A DNA stretch of 64,000 nt from Massalongia carnosa (GCA_965645245.1 OZ287075.1:372001-436000); one strand, 5' to 3'; positions 1 to 13,522 are shown, counted from the first letter of the stretch. The notes: generated from the letters alone by a model not told the origin. Numbers and translations are program-made.

Positions 1-1669
1 TAGAGGGACTTGCTCGGTCGAGACTGGTTGGATTGGCTGCTGCGTGGTGGGCTGCGGCGGGGTAGGTTGCTGGTTGATTGGAAGCAATCCTGGCAGTCCT
101 GGAGCTTGCCTTGGTGCTGACACGGCTTCGCTTACAGGAGGCTGAGAAGGAAAAACTTGTAGCGCTGGCGCTGGCGCTGGCGGAAGGGCTGCTCTTGGTG
201 CAATCGGAGAATGTTGAGGAGGCTGAGCTCGCGTCTCAGCCTCTTCTCGATCACTGTCAACATCCATATCCTCCGTCGTCCCGTTGAGGCCCATGCTTCC
301 AAACTGTACCGCTGTTCGATCTAATGCATGTTTCCCTGGCATAACAACAGCCTCTTGCTGCTCGAGAATTTTCCTTTGGAAGCTGGCTGAACGTCCTGGT
401 AGTCCTGTTGCCTTGTAAGCGCTCGTTGCGTAACCGCCCAATGGAGGTCGAGCGTTTGAGAGCTGTTGCGAAGCAGGAATGGGCATTCCACTATCAGCGG
501 CACTACGCGGATCGTTCGTGCTGGCCACAGTACTCGCGGCTGTGGCAGAAGCTGCTGGACCAGAGGTATCGAGGACTTGCTCCACATTGGTCTCTGTCAA
601 CTCATCTTTTGAAGGGGTAATATTAGCGGGTTGTTCCGGAGACAACAAATCCGAAGGGGGTGGAGTATTCGGAATCTCCGAGCTACTTGCTTCGTCAGGT
701 ATAGGAGGTGGCAAAGCAGCCATATCAGCGTCTGAAGAGGCTGATGGAAGGGTAATTGACTCTTCCACCATAATCTCATGGGTAGAAGCTGCTTGAGGAA
801 CTTTGGGTGGTGTCGGAGCAGGCGCGGGCTTGTTGAAGATACTTGCCCAGCTTCGAGTACCATCGGGTTTAGAGCTCGCCTGCGGCAGAGTTGCCGCAGG
901 CACTGAGGTCACATCCGGCACTGCAATATTCTCCCATGAAGACTCCATTATCGTATTTTCAGTCTCTGTAGGCTGGTCCCAAGTGCTTTCCCCATCCACC
1001 TTGTTGGTTGTAGTCTCCGAAGCCTCCCAATCTCCTGTAGGTGCGATTTCTGTAGGTCCTTTGGTGATGTTCGCGATTCTCGAGCCATTCGTTGTCGACC
1101 CTCCCCGACCTCCACGACCTGCTCCTCGACCACGGTCTGAACCGCGACCTCGACCTCCACGAGTACCATCAACCCCACCTCTTCCACGTCCAGCCCGGGA
1201 TCCATTGGTAGTTTCATTGAGGGGGCCTGCTGGATCTTTGACCTTTGAGTGGGAACGGTCTTTTGTCTTTTTCTTGACCTCACCCCATTGAGAGATATTG
1301 CCTACGGGTAACAATGCACATTAGCAACTGATTCTGGCTTCACCGCTAAATTTTAAAGCGCACACCTTCAGAGATCCGTTCAATGGTGTTTTCGAGGTTG
1401 CCATCGGTCTCTTGTAGCGCAAAGACTAAATCTTCATCGGTCCAATCTGGGAACATTTCCTTCATGGTGCTGAGCTTGGCCGCGTAAAGTTTCTTCAGTT
1501 GCCCAAGCTCTCCCTCATCCTCATGAGCAGATACCTCCATAATATTTTGCTTATCTCCATTCGTTTGGCGACCACTGCTACGAGCACCACGCGTATTAAA
1601 GCTTCCACGACCTCCCCGACCAGCACCTCTACCCCGTTGGATAGATGGTCTTGATTTGACTTCCGACAT
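1..1669 (-). CDS. DEF1: RNA polymerase II degradation factor Def1 (CUE domain, RGG-rich); 3' part runs off the window
   Basis: ATG at 1669. N-terminal RGRG tract, then CUE motif 'MKEMFPDWTDEDLVFALQETDGNLENTIERISEG'. Splicing the GT..AG intron 1302-1365 continues in frame as 'GNISQWGEVKKKTKDR', followed by RGG repeats. Confidence 0.88.
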
Positions 1670-2333
1670 AGCTTAATTTGCGCTTTGTGGTAAGAAGAAA
1701 TGCAAGGTGACACTGTCCGTTGATGCTGAGAGCTCCGTTACAAACTGGCCGTGTGAACTCTTTGATCAACTACCCAGCGAGCTTCACATGAAACGTGGTT
1801 TGTGAAATGTGCGTTCTGGATGGGTGAATGACAGATTCGGCAGGCGCTGATTTTGGGGGGGTAATGTTATCAAAACCACAAGAAGTTGAGCTTTGACAAG
1901 AGAAGGCAAGTGAAGTACAGAGGAGTTAAGTGAATTGGCTCAGGTGAAGAGAAATGGAAGTGATATTAACAGCAGTATTAGATGTCAACGCTTGTTGAAG
2001 CATAGAAAGCGCGACAACAATTTGGGTCTTAAGAGCAGGACAGCACTAAAGTTGACTTCCTCATCAGATGATTACGATGACGTTAATATGAATGAAGCTA
2101 GATGTATTATAAGTTCGTATTCGCGTATGTATGTTACATACAAAGTCACTTCGAGCATGCCTTTCGCATTGTTTTATCTCAACTCGGGCGCTGCCTCACT
2201 TTTCATTGATGCCACTGTATCTCTATCGGCCATGGGCGTTCTCGATGAAGAAGCCTGATGAGCTCAGATGTGGAGCTTATTATTTGTGACGCCCTGGGTA
2301 GCCATCCAATCCCTTTCGCATCAATAAGCCACA

Positions 2334-3572
2334 ATGAGGCCATCCAACATCTATTGCTGGAAATACTTGGTCTCCAAGATCCATCCACCGCTGGCTGTGG
2401 ACCGGCAAGAGACTCAGACAGTACTTGCAGCTCTCAAATCATCCTTCCAGCAGCATCTTGATCGCGAACATCCAGCCCCTAGGTCTGAAGACACACGTAT
2501 GGTGGACGGCCACATCAGCTCGATATTGAGAAATCCTTTGTTCAGCCACAAACCCAAGAGACGAATCTCCCACCCCAATCACTTTGATGGCCACGTCGAG
2601 TCGTTCAGCCAACTTCGATATCTCATGAAACGGCCCATGGATCATTTCAAGGACGAGATTGCTGCTGGAACAGCGACGATTGAAAGCGCAAAGATGTGTC
2701 TAATCACAGAGCTACAAAAAGCATTGGCATTACCAGATGAGGCTCGACGTGACGCATTAAAGTCTTCCGAAGCGGTATCGATCGTATTGCATTGGGTGTG
2801 GTCATTGCCTGAGCATGGGGCAGGTTCGTTTTTGCTTGACTCGGCTCTTTTTAAACGCCTTGCGCCCTTTCTGAATGCGGGCCATGAGCACCTGATTTGG
2901 CAATGGATAAAACAGTTACAAATGGAACTCGGCGGAGAACTTCATGGGATCAAACGAAGAGGGGTTCGCTACATGCAGGGTGCTATTTTGCTCTACTTCT
3001 TGGAGTCAGAGGTTAGATATGGACTTGACTTAGATTCAGCCATAAACATGTTTCTACGAGGGGTTAGGGGTATTTCATCCTGGTCTGGTGTAACCGAGAA
3101 GGATCGTCATGCGGTTTTAGAGCGAGCAGGACGGTATCTCACGATCCATATCATGGAAAACTCCAAATCCGACCCCGGCATTTCTACTCGGGTAAACTCA
3201 TTGATTGATACTGCCGATATTTGGAGCTCTACTGCTGGAGTACATAGAGCCCTTTTGGGATTGTATTGCCCAAAGTCCGCCAACATAGATGCGGCCTTTG
3301 ACGCTCTAAAGCAGCTGAACATTAGATGGATTAGCCGCCAGGGTTCGAAGAATCGAAGAGACATCCTCCGCTTGAGTCTCATGACCGCCGAGCTGTTCTT
3401 ATCCACCGGATCCGAAGCCAAAGCCATATGGGTCATGGCGTTCCTGCAGGAGTATTTCCCGACCGAAATCGGCTATTCGGACCCCCATGTGTCGGTGGAA
3501 GAGGAGGAACGCCAGCGGCAAGTCGAAGAGGAGTCGAACTTGCGCTTACTGGAAACATTAGCTGCCAGCTAA
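2334..3572 (+). CDS. Hypothetical protein (412 aa), possibly mitochondrial
   Basis: Uninterrupted ATG-initiated 412-codon ORF, divergent from DEF1. The N-terminus 'KIHPPLAVDRQETQTVLAALKSSFQQHLDREHP' resembles a conserved Pezizomycotina hypothetical family. Confidence 0.75.
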   Translation: MRPSNIYCWKYLVSKIHPPLAVDRQETQTVLAALKSSFQQHLDREHPAPRSEDTRMVDGHISSILRNPLFSHKPKRRISHPNHFDGHVESFSQLRYLMKRPMDHFKDEIAAGTATIESAKMCLITELQKALALPDEARRDALKSSEAVSIVLHWVWSLPEHGAGSFLLDSALFKRLAPFLNAGHEHLIWQWIKQLQMELGGELHGIKRRGVRYMQGAILLYFLESEVRYGLDLDSAINMFLRGVRGISSWSGVTEKDRHAVLERAGRYLTIHIMENSKSDPGISTRVNSLIDTADIWSSTAGVHRALLGLYCPKSANIDAAFDALKQLNIRWISRQGSKNRRDILRLSLMTAELFLSTGSEAKAIWVMAFLQEYFPTEIGYSDPHVSVEEEERQRQVEEESNLRLLETLAAS

Positions 3573-6010
3573 CGAAGATATCCTTAATGAGAAATGATCT
3601 GATACACATATGAGTTAACTTTAACCATGTTTACCCTGTTGATGAACTGGTTACCTATCTACGTGTGACCCTCTATCCTTCCATCTACCTATTCAGCCAT
3701 CTACCCACCCACACAACTATCCCATCTAAATACTGGCCCCATTTTCTCATTGGCCGTCCTCCCACGCATCTCCTCGTCAATTATTCACCCTACCGGCAAA
3801 TACACAGAAGATAACCATCCATTCATCGTGGAACATCTCCGGCTAGATGGTCACCGACTGACCTGGGTACTATCTAGATGACTAGATGAGTAACCGAAAG
3901 TAGATATATTCACAAATTATAAAGAGGGGCAAGGGTGTCAGTTAGTCGGGTATCTTAACGTGTTGTAGGCATGACTTACCTACCTTCGTGGCCATTCCGA
4001 GTAATTAGCTAGTTAGGGGTAGGTAGGTAAGGTAGGGGTTATTTATTGGTATTGGATGTCATGTTTGGTTTCTTGCTTTCTCTCATCTATCCCAGTACCT
4101 ACCAAGGTACACAATACATAGATACCTACTCAGATACCTCACTTCTTCTCGGCATATATATCTAAATGCCCTTGATCTTACCTACCTACCTGATAACATC
4201 TTTTATCTTATGCGGACGCCCCCCTTATTATATATGTGCTATACGTCTTATATAAACCCATCTGCTGTTATGACACGTTTCTACTTCTCATCTACCTAGA
4301 CAACTATAGCTTCCGAAGCCCTGCCTTTCCGAATGAATATAGAGAGGGAATTAAGTGTACGATGACCGTCTTTCTCCGAGGGTAAATTATCAGAAGGCAA
4401 AACAGATACCGGTCCTCAACATGTGCTTCGTTCCAAGTCACACCAGCACGAATGAAGACAGTCCCGTGCAACACTGGAAGATACCAATGACATATCCTCA
4501 AGGGCTCCAGAGCGCAATGGCGGAACAAGTACATCAGATTAAGTACAAGCCGATCATGCAAAAACATTCAGTTTTGGTTGTGCGTGCTTCTTGTAAAGTG
4601 AAACGGCCGCAGGAAGACTTCAGCCTAAGCCACGAGAATGGAAATCAGGCTGGACTTCCTTAAGACAAACGCTTGTCAAGGCATTGAATATATGAATATG
4701 ATGGATACAAGGCCGTTGAAGCATACTGTTACCGGGCATATCATGTCCTGTCTTGCTTGGCCACTAACATTCCACGATGCAAAACAGATTAAATGGATAT
4801 ACTCTCTGTAGCCCATGTGCATACGATTTGGTAGTCAACTAGCTTCATGTGGATAATCGGCATTTAGATTGTTTGGTGAACCTATAACACAAGTCTATTA
4901 CGATATATGCCCAACGGTATACCTTTCAACGTGCTCGAGACATGGGCCTATCCATTCGTTTCGGTCTCTTCCCATAGAGGAAGAACGTTATTGATGAGCT
5001 TTTGCCCATATCACAAAGGGAAATAAAGTAGAAATGAATAGAATATTGAGGTGAGTAAGAGATGTTTCTCCTTTAGCATCAATATTATGCCTTTTTGATA
5101 GTGTTTGCTCCAGTCCCTATCGAATGAGTACTATGACAGCGCCAAGGCCCCAAATGAAGAGGGGGATCAGCATTCTGAGAAAGGACAGCGGGAAGGGGTG
5201 AGGGTGCAATCGTAAGAGTACGACGATGAAGATGGAAACTTGAGCTGATGATGAACGATCTTGGTCAATTCATCAGACTCATACGTGTATTACTGTCCTG
5301 TGACTAATTAATAGCACGCTAATTAGAAGGTCAAAGTACCGAGTACCGAGTACCGAGTATCCATAACTACGGAGTACTCTGTATCGAGTTCGGATAGCGT
5401 TGTTGTTTTGAATGACTAAGAAATCTTTGGTACAAATTGTCACAGCCTCTATCAGACCCTGCCATCCAGTCTTTCACCTCCGTTGTAACTATGAGTACGA
5501 GCCCGAGGTAAGTGTGAACATGAACGGTAGTCGGTTTTGCGGGGTTGCTCTTTTTGCTACTCTACACTTTCCCAAATTCAAGCAAAGTTTCGAAGAACCA
5601 GGTTCATCGTCGATGGTGGCTGATTTCCAATGGGGATGGACTTCTCTGCGGCTAGACGCTTCTTTCCTTGTGCTCTCTCTCACTCAGAATTATCAAGCTT
5701 CTCTCTTTGAACCCACCTTGACCCTATCGTTTGGAAATGAATAACTCTTACAATCGGTAACAAATATTTCTGACAACAAGCCAGGGTTTTTCGGTTGCCC
5801 TGTTCATAGCCATTCAACTTATACCTACGTACAGGTTCACTTGCAAGCATCAAGTCGCTAGGACGTGGATAACGGATTCAGCAACGACATTCAGTGATTT
5901 GCGCATGTCAAGAGATTCTACCTGTGGCTTAATACCCCTTTTACATCTTCAATTCTATAATCGCCCATATTCGAAGTATTTAAACAACCAGCTATCAAGG
6001 TAGCCGAGCA

Positions 6011-7233
6011 ATGGACAAACTCACGGCAAGGCTTCGTCAGCTCGAGAGTCTGGAACTCAAATTATATGCCGAACGGGACCGCTTCCTATTCCAACGCTCA
6101 CGCGAGGATGAGCTGCTTCAAAGAAGTCGAGCAAAAGAGGACGAGAACTGGATAGAGAGACTCCGCCAGAGGGATGAAGAGCATACTGTTGGTCCTAGCC
6201 CTGATGCGGATCATTGTGTATCATAAGATAACATTGAACCAGCAACTACGTCAGCGCCGGCGCCAGCTAGCGATATCTTCACCGGCTTCATCAGAACCTA
6301 GAGAGACTTCAGAATTGCCAAAAACGAGCACACCCCGGACGTCACAAAGTTTAAACCCCACTAACAATTTACCGATTCTTAGTACTCACCCTGCTGCGCG
6401 AAAAGTCTTCGTGTCGTCTTCTACTTCGAGTACGATTCTCTTGACCTAGAAGCTCTTTGAGGAGTATTAATAGTTCAACAGGCAATAAAAGACGCATTGA
6501 AGAGAAGAAGAGTTCCAGTACCGATGACTTCCTTGTACCTTTAGTTCTCATCCGACCCTCTGACGGACAAGCTGTCCACCTGCACTGCTGCATAGATGGA
6601 TGTGATAAGATGTATTTCTGTACGATTACTGCTCTTCGCAAACATGTTGCCAAAGATTCGCTTGCAAAACATCATGGCCAGAGGCGTCTCTTCAGCAGTG
6701 TGGACGAGATAATCGAAGCTTGTGGATGTCCTGTTACTCGTCAGAAAGATCAGGCAAGTTTTGATCAAGCTGGGAAGAGTGACCTGAATCGGCATCGAAC
6801 CAGCCTAGACACCCTGCATGCGGATCTAAGTCTTCAGCATAGAAGCCTACCCACTCAGCGTTCAGACCTAGATCCTCAGAATATAGACCAAGATACTCAG
6901 ATTTCACACTTCGATTCTGAGCGTATAGACCTAGATAGTTGGCGTGCAGAGCAAGACCCCCCACGTGCAAACCTAGATCTCCACCATACGGACCTAGACA
7001 CTCGGAGGGCAGACATAGATCCACGACGTACAAACCTTCACAACTTCCTCCGCGAGCTGCATCAATTCGATGTCTTTGCCGGTAATGACAAAACTGTCGG
7101 TACCGTCGACCTAAGCGAAGCAGATATTTCTCGCACGACTAGCTTGGGAGCTGAGAAGAAGACCTTCCCATTATCAGGGGCGGAGCTTTCTGAGCTATGT
7201 ACTAGGGAGTTAAAGAAACTTGTCGAAGAATAA
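6011..7233 (+). CDS. Hypothetical protein with coiled-coil N-terminus, C2H2-like motif and 7-aa repeats; gene model incomplete or frameshifted
   Basis: ATG 6011; intron 6188-6242 joins in frame to ORF 6174-6449. ORF 6457-7233 carries 'CCIDGCDKMYFCTITALRKHVAKDSLAKH'. I could not find a clean in-frame splice across about 6410-6456. Confidence 0.5.
6781..7053 (+). repeat. 13 degenerate 21-nt (7-aa) tandem repeats inside the coding region
   Basis: Units begin every 21 nt (6781, 6802, 6823 ... 7033), most with a GACCTAGA(T/C)-like start. Protein examples: DLNRHRT, SLDTLHA, DLDPQNI, DLDSWRA, DLDTRRA, DIDPRRT. Confidence 0.8.
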
Positions 7234-8267
7234 CTAGAAAAGGGAAAGTTCATTGGGTGAAGATAAATGTGAGTGTTTGACCTTGCCAGCGGTTGAGCAG
7301 GGAACCTTTTCAGCCACTTCAGATTATAGAAGTACTGGGAGTCTGAGAAACATGAGCCAGCTGGCAGAGGAGGCCAGTTGGGAGCCTCGGCCTACTGATG
7401 CTTGATTGCTTACTGGCGTTGTGCTTTGTGTTTAGATTCAAGGGCTTTCTTGCAACTACGAGCTGATTGCATTCAGCTCACGAGGTGCTCCGCCATAATA
7501 GACCATGACAGCGACCTCTAGCCAAAACGACTCCCATTGGGTTTATTTGAAATTTAACAGCAAATCAACAATTTTTATTTACTTGGATACGTGCCTTTCT
7601 ATCCATCATGGCTTCATGACCTGTGAGCCAGACGGCGCGATGATCGAAGTAGGGGCCGCGTAAGATAGTTATGGGTCTATGTCATCCAAGTTAACTGCTA
7701 TGCTCATATTTATCCGTGAAGGTTCATCCTAGCTCGCTAGGCCGATGTTACGGATGCGAAATGGCGGCCACTAGCATTAGTCTATACATCTGTTCAAATG
7801 ATGCTCATAGAGATCCCTAGGCTAGTAATTTGCACCGAGGCCATGTTAGAGAATCACGGTTAGAGCGCGGAATGCTGTCCTTGAGTTGGTTTATAAAATA
7901 TTGCGCATCGGCTTGCCTTGCTAAAGGTTATCATAATCTGAATTTTTCTTCCCGCAGCGAAAACCCCAAGATTTTTGTGATTGTTGAATTCTTGCTCTCT
8001 TTGCATCCCCGTCATTAATTTCCCATGTCATATTCAGCCCGAGTGTCACGTTCTATTTCATTCTTATCTCGTTTCTAAATCTCGTCCACTTATCATGATT
8101 TTGCTCACGAGCCATGGTTAAGGAATGACTTAAAGCACCGATTTTTCTTGAGAATTGGCAACACATCCCTTCATCCACTCGAGCCTTGACTTCTTCGCAT
8201 TCTTAATTTCGCATGTTCTCCTTCACCGTTACGCTCGAGAGAACTGGAAGATAACTATACGATTTAG

Positions 8268-8719
8268 AATCATGAAGCCGAGCAACCTCCTAGCCTCTCG
8301 TCTTTTTTCTTCGCACGGCATTCGCTTTACGATGCGGTATCCCTTTGGTGCATATGAGCTTTCTTTCCCATCAACCATGATTAGGGGGATCCTGCTTCTA
8401 GGAGAAACCTGAAAAGATGCCGATTTTCAATTCCCACCCTCTTTGAAAGGTTGACGCCGAGTCCAAAGCGACCCTGGCCGACCCTACCCACGCAACTATC
8501 CTACCGGAGGTTAACTTTCTGATAAGAGATTTTGATCAAAACATCGGCCATCTGAATTACCATATTTACATCCTTGACGGGGCCAACGACGTTCGCCCGG
8601 CCTCGGACATCGGATCCCTCGAGGATCAAGGTGACGATGACGAAGAAGAGGGAGAGGGAGAGGAAAGCGCCAAAGGCAACAACAACATATGCGAGGGGGA
8701 AAATAACTTTTTGAATTAA
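8268..8719 (+). pseudogene. Orphan or degraded small gene with acidic C-terminus
   Basis: About 90 open codons at 8450-8719 (VDAESKATL...DDDEEEGEGEE). A plausible intron 8337-8449 links them to an upstream frame. No clean start codon found. Confidence 0.3.
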
Positions 8720-9094
8720 GTCGATGGCAAAACTAAAGTCACAGCCAAAGCTAAAGCACTATTATACATACATGTACATACGTAAAGCGCGAGTACCTAT
8801 ATGCAAAAACTCAATTCCCCCTCCCCGCGTCCCTCACTTCACCTACCTCTCCCCCCCTTGCCGCTGCTCTCTAGGCTCAGATCCAGCGACCAGAGCGAAT
8901 CCCACACTCCCGATCGTGGTTTCACGGGCGACGATTTCCTCGGCGACAGCGATTTCGTCGGAGAAGACGGAGCGGGTTCCTAACTCCCCTCCCCCACCCC
9001 CCGGGAACGTCAGCCAAGAGAAGATCTTCCCGCTGGTGAGAGAGGAGAGGAAAGGGGAAGAAAGGGTGGGAGGAGACGCGGCCCGAGAGGTCAA

Positions 9095-12000
9095 TCATGG
9101 GCCCCAGAGGAGGTCTTTGCGTACTTCTTCCGTAGGCTCGCTGCTAGGAGCGGTGATGGCGAGCTCGTGGGGCTGGAGCGAATACGGTGGCCCAAGTGGC
9201 GTGCCGGCGGCTGCAGGTCCCGTGTCCGTCGCGTCGCCTGGCTGCGCGCTGCTGGCGATGCCCACGACGCCCTTCTTCGAATTCGAGCTGTTGCGGCGGC
9301 TGTCGAGGCTTCGCGTCAAGGTGCGAGTGGCTCCATTTCCATCCAAGGCCTTTTTCAGGCGTATGCTGCCTTTCGCGTCCACGTTCGCCGCCGCCACGGT
9401 GACTTTGCTGATGCCGATGTTGATCGGTGCGCCGGGCTTTTCCTCCGCTGCATCCAACAAATACCACCTCAGCCCGTCGGAGAGTTCGAATGGATTCTCG
9501 TCGTCAAACGAAGCCCCTCCGTCGCTTGCCTCGCCGATGGATCTTCGATCGCTGGCGGGATTAAGTCCGTTGATGGATTTCGACAGATCCACCACGCGCT
9601 CCTCGACTTTGGAGATTCTGGCCAAAAGCCAATCTCTAGTTCGAAGTTTATGGGAATCTTGTTCACGTAGAAAATAATGAGGGGCTCCGACATTGAACGC
9701 TGCCCAGGGCCGAGTGGCTTGATTCCTCGTAGGTAGGAACAAGGCCAGATCGCCTTCCTTGAAGCTCTGGAATGCAATCTTCTCATGAGCTTCGCTCTGC
9801 GCGCGATGTGCCTTGTCGCGATAGGCCCGCACTTCCCTTTGCCATTTGCGGGTTGTGTGTTCAGCTTCTTTGACACGTTTGGCGATTGCATCGGTGAAGG
9901 CGTCAATATCAAAGCTTTGTACGTCCTGAATGTATGCGCTAAATTTTGAAGCTTCGACCTCTGGATCGTTGGATGTCCATTTGGTATCAGGATGTATGTT
10001 GCTTTCGATACTGCTCTTTGTCGGCAAAGGGCCAGAAATGCTGCGATTCAATGACCCAGATGGATCAGAGAGCACTGCGCTGGCACTCACAGCTTTTGAT
10101 ATCTTTTGGATCACCATATTCTCATCCTGCCTTATAACAGTAAAGCCGGTTTGTTCTAGCAGTTTAACCAAACTGGCATTCAGCAAATACAGCCGCATTG
10201 AAACCTTCTCCGCTCGTGATGCGCGGGCTTCGGAGTGGATTTTCCCATCATTGTGAATTCTCCGTAAATGCTCCAGGTCGCTTAGTCGAACGGCTAACTG
10301 CTCATCACTCTCTTGAACATGCTTCTGGGCTATTTCCAATTCTCTGGACAGGTGTGCAATTGTAGCTTCTCTATCGTTAAGCTTCTCCGTTAGTCTCTCG
10401 TGGTTCAACTCCGCTTTTGCAGATCCAATTTCCAATTCCCTAAGCTGCAGGCGCTCATCGTCCAGTTCTCCCTGTAAACGCATGAATTGCTTCCTTTGTT
10501 CCGCAAGACTCTCATGGAGACCGGATACTTCTATTTCCCCAGTATCTAGACGCTCTTGTAGATCACTTGTCGCTTTCGCATGATCCATTTCTCGAGCCTT
10601 GAACGCAACAATCTCAGCCTTTGCTGCATCAAGCATCTCGTTGACGTGGTTTAAATGAACAGCGGAGTTTTTAGCAGATAATTCTATCAGATCAACTAGG
10701 GCGCTGAAGTCGTCGGGAATGGATTCAACTTCGGAGAGCTGACGAAGCGCAGCTTTCAGAGTTGTGTAATGATCTAATTGAGCATGCTCTCGATTTTGAA
10801 GGCGTGATGAGAAACTATTGAGCTTCATCTGGAGCTCAGCATTCTCGTCGACTCGATCTTCTACTTCACGCTCCAACTTGTTTGCCTTTTCGCGTTGCAT
10901 AGTGTAGTCGTTTTTTAGAAAATATATCTGCCCTTGTGCCTTTTGTACTTCATCTGCAGCGTCTTGACGAAGCTTATCGAGCTCGCCTTCCAAGATACGA
11001 GCCCTCTCTTCGTGGTCGTGATTATCAAGGACCTTATCTAGCTCATCCTCAGCCTCTTCCAACTTGAGTTTTAGCTTGCTGTTTTCATCCTCTAACGAAC
11101 GACGCTCGTTATCAAACTCTCGCTGCTGAGCCTCTAAGTTCCCAATGAGATCTTCTTTGGTCGACACGGCTTCGCGTACACGAGTTTTAAGTTCATCCTC
11201 TGCGTTGAGTTTTGCCGCAGCATCTTTTTGGAGCGCAGCAGACTGGGCCTTTTCAGCACCCAGCTCCGCCTCCAGACTTGCTACCTTCTGAGCCAGAGTC
11301 TTTTCTTCTGATTCGTGGTTCATGGAAATTTTCCGGGACGAAGTCGAAGATCTCCGGGAAAGAGGGTCTTGAGTCTTTGACAGGGACGAAGTATAATTCA
11401 TTACCGGGGATGTCGCATGGCGCTCAAAACTTGGCCCATTGTTGACACCGAAAGCTTTAGCGGTGGAATTTCTGGATATTTGACTCTGCCTGTGCAAGAG
11501 ATCTTCGAGTTTCCGTATTCGGCTTTCTGAACTTTTCAGCTTTTCTTCCAGCTTAATTTTCTCGCTTTTCATTAAGTGAAGAAGATCATCGTCTCCTCGG
11601 AGCAGGAGAGAGTTCCTTCCAAAGGTTGCCTCATGGACGCTTCCGTTCTTGAAAGCCTTTGCACGTTTAGCTTGCTGCCGCGTGGGTGAGTCAAGGCTCT
11701 TGAAAAGCTGCTCGAGCTCCGTGCAAATATCACCAAAAGATCCCAAATCTCGTAAAGTTTGGATAAATTCTATAATGTCATCCCTGGTAATAACAGGCCA
11801 TCTGTTTTTCTGTGCTTGTATGTTTATCTCAACGCCTAAAGCCATGCCATCAATATTTTCCAGATCAACCGAGCCTCCCATGTCTTTCAACCATCTCTTC
11901 CGGCGTTGTAATTCTTCTTCCTTGTACGTAGCCATTTCTTCCACCAAGCTCGACGAGTCTGTTGTAATCTTCTCATTCCATTCCCGTCGCCTAACACATT

Positions 12001-13360
12001 CAATCAGGAGTGCACCATACACCAAGGGTAGCTTGATCAAAAAATTCAGCATGTCAAATGCGTTTCCATCCTCGATTTCCACTCCTAAGCCTGCTAACTG
12101 CGCGTGGACCTGGGCAACTACCGACTCGAGTGCGGAGACTTTTTGCATATATTTTACAGCTGATATCATAACTTGCTTTTTTCGCTTGGTGGTGCTATGC
12201 AGCAGCTGATCGATATCAGACTTAGTTTCTAAGAGGGAAGGGATTAAATTCCTAGTGTGCAAAAGAGCGGTCCTTGAGACTTGAGAGATGGTCTCTTGGG
12301 TGTTTGGAAGTCTCAGGATGAACTCATAATCACCGTTAATCTTCTTTACGATAACCTCGATTTCCTCCATCAAGCGGTCTACCTGATCGCATGAATCACC
12401 ATCCGGCAGCGGTATGCCCCGACTGAAGCTATCAATAACCTGATGAGCATCTCGAGATACTTTTTCGAAGGCGTTTGTTAAATCATCAACGCTGACTTTG
12501 AATCGCCGAGCAATATCTCTACCAGTATTATTCGCCGTTGTCATTTTGTGGACGTTGACAAAGTCGTTCAACGTACGACCTTGAAGTAACGCTTTTCTAG
12601 ATTTGCCCTCTTGTAGAATCTTCTGGGAACCCTGCAAACAACCTCCCAGCGCTTCAGAAACCGGTATGTGGGAAAAAGAATCCAACATATTCTTCCAATT
12701 TGCGAATAGGAACGTTTGGTCTTCCATGATCTGATGAGCCCATGCCGTTATATCTTCGAACTTTGGACGAAGGTTGCCCACATGTTGTTTGACATTTTCC
12801 ACCGCTATTGCGGCGCTCCGATGAACGACCCTTGTCTCACCATCGAGCTTTCGGATCATATCGGCGATTTGGAGCGATTCTTCGCTGAAATTGATTGACC
12901 AAGCACTTCTCTCTTCGAAAAGCGTCTGCCATGCTTGAAGCTTGTTGCCGTCTGACGGAGCATCAGGGGGATCTCCAGCAATACTCGGAGGCGGCACAGG
13001 GGTTTTGGGCAAGAATATAGCCAGAGTTTCTGGAGATGTGGAGGAAAGAATCCTTCTGTCATAAATAAAGACCTCGTTCTGGAGGATAGATTAGATTTCT
13101 TTATTATAATAGACGTAGACAATCGTACCTCTACATGTAAAGTCTGAAGTTTGACCTGCTTGCCGCGAGCGGTCATAAGAATTTGATTTGGAGCATCAAT
13201 CACACTGTTTTGCGATATCCATGACTGAAGATGTTCAATCCTGCGCAAAGGATTAGCAAATTCAGTACTTTACCACCTCCTGAAAGACTCACGATGGAAA
13301 AAGCTTAAGCTCTGTTGTCAAACAAGTTCCAGTATGGGCGATAAATATGTGTAATGACAT
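9095..13360 (-). CDS. ATG11: Autophagy scaffold Atg11
   Basis: ATG at 13360 ('MSLHIFIAHTG'); introns 13241-13292 and 13079-13128. Long coiled coil, then the C-terminal Atg11 domain 'KIAFQSFKEGDLALFLPTRNQATRPWAAFNVGAPHYFL...DENPFELSDGLRWYLLDA'. Confidence 0.95.
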
Positions 13361-13522
13361 GCCCTCGATTCAATTACCTTCAGCGCATTGAGGCCTGTTC
13401 AAGAGAGTCGAGGAAAATGTCGGCAAATTCCGCAAGCAGTGAAACAAAACAGCGCTAGTAGGCTAGTTGGTTCGTTTGTTGAAAGGCACACGAGCATTGG
13501 CAGCTGGACAGCTAGTTTCATC
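13361..13522. promoter_or_regulatory. Very short shared divergent promoter, ATG11 / CENP-H-like
   Basis: Only 162 bp separate the ATG11 start (13360) from the first in-frame ATG (13523) of the + strand gene. Confidence 0.6.

Noticed and set aside
3620..5300. AT-rich TACC/GGTA-rich tract as a possible degenerate inverted-repeat element
   Set aside because: No convincing TIR pair or TSD could be defined.
8724..9677. 317-aa + strand ORF and other overlapping ORFs
   Set aside because: Antisense shadow of the GC-rich ATG11 3' end; no independent features.
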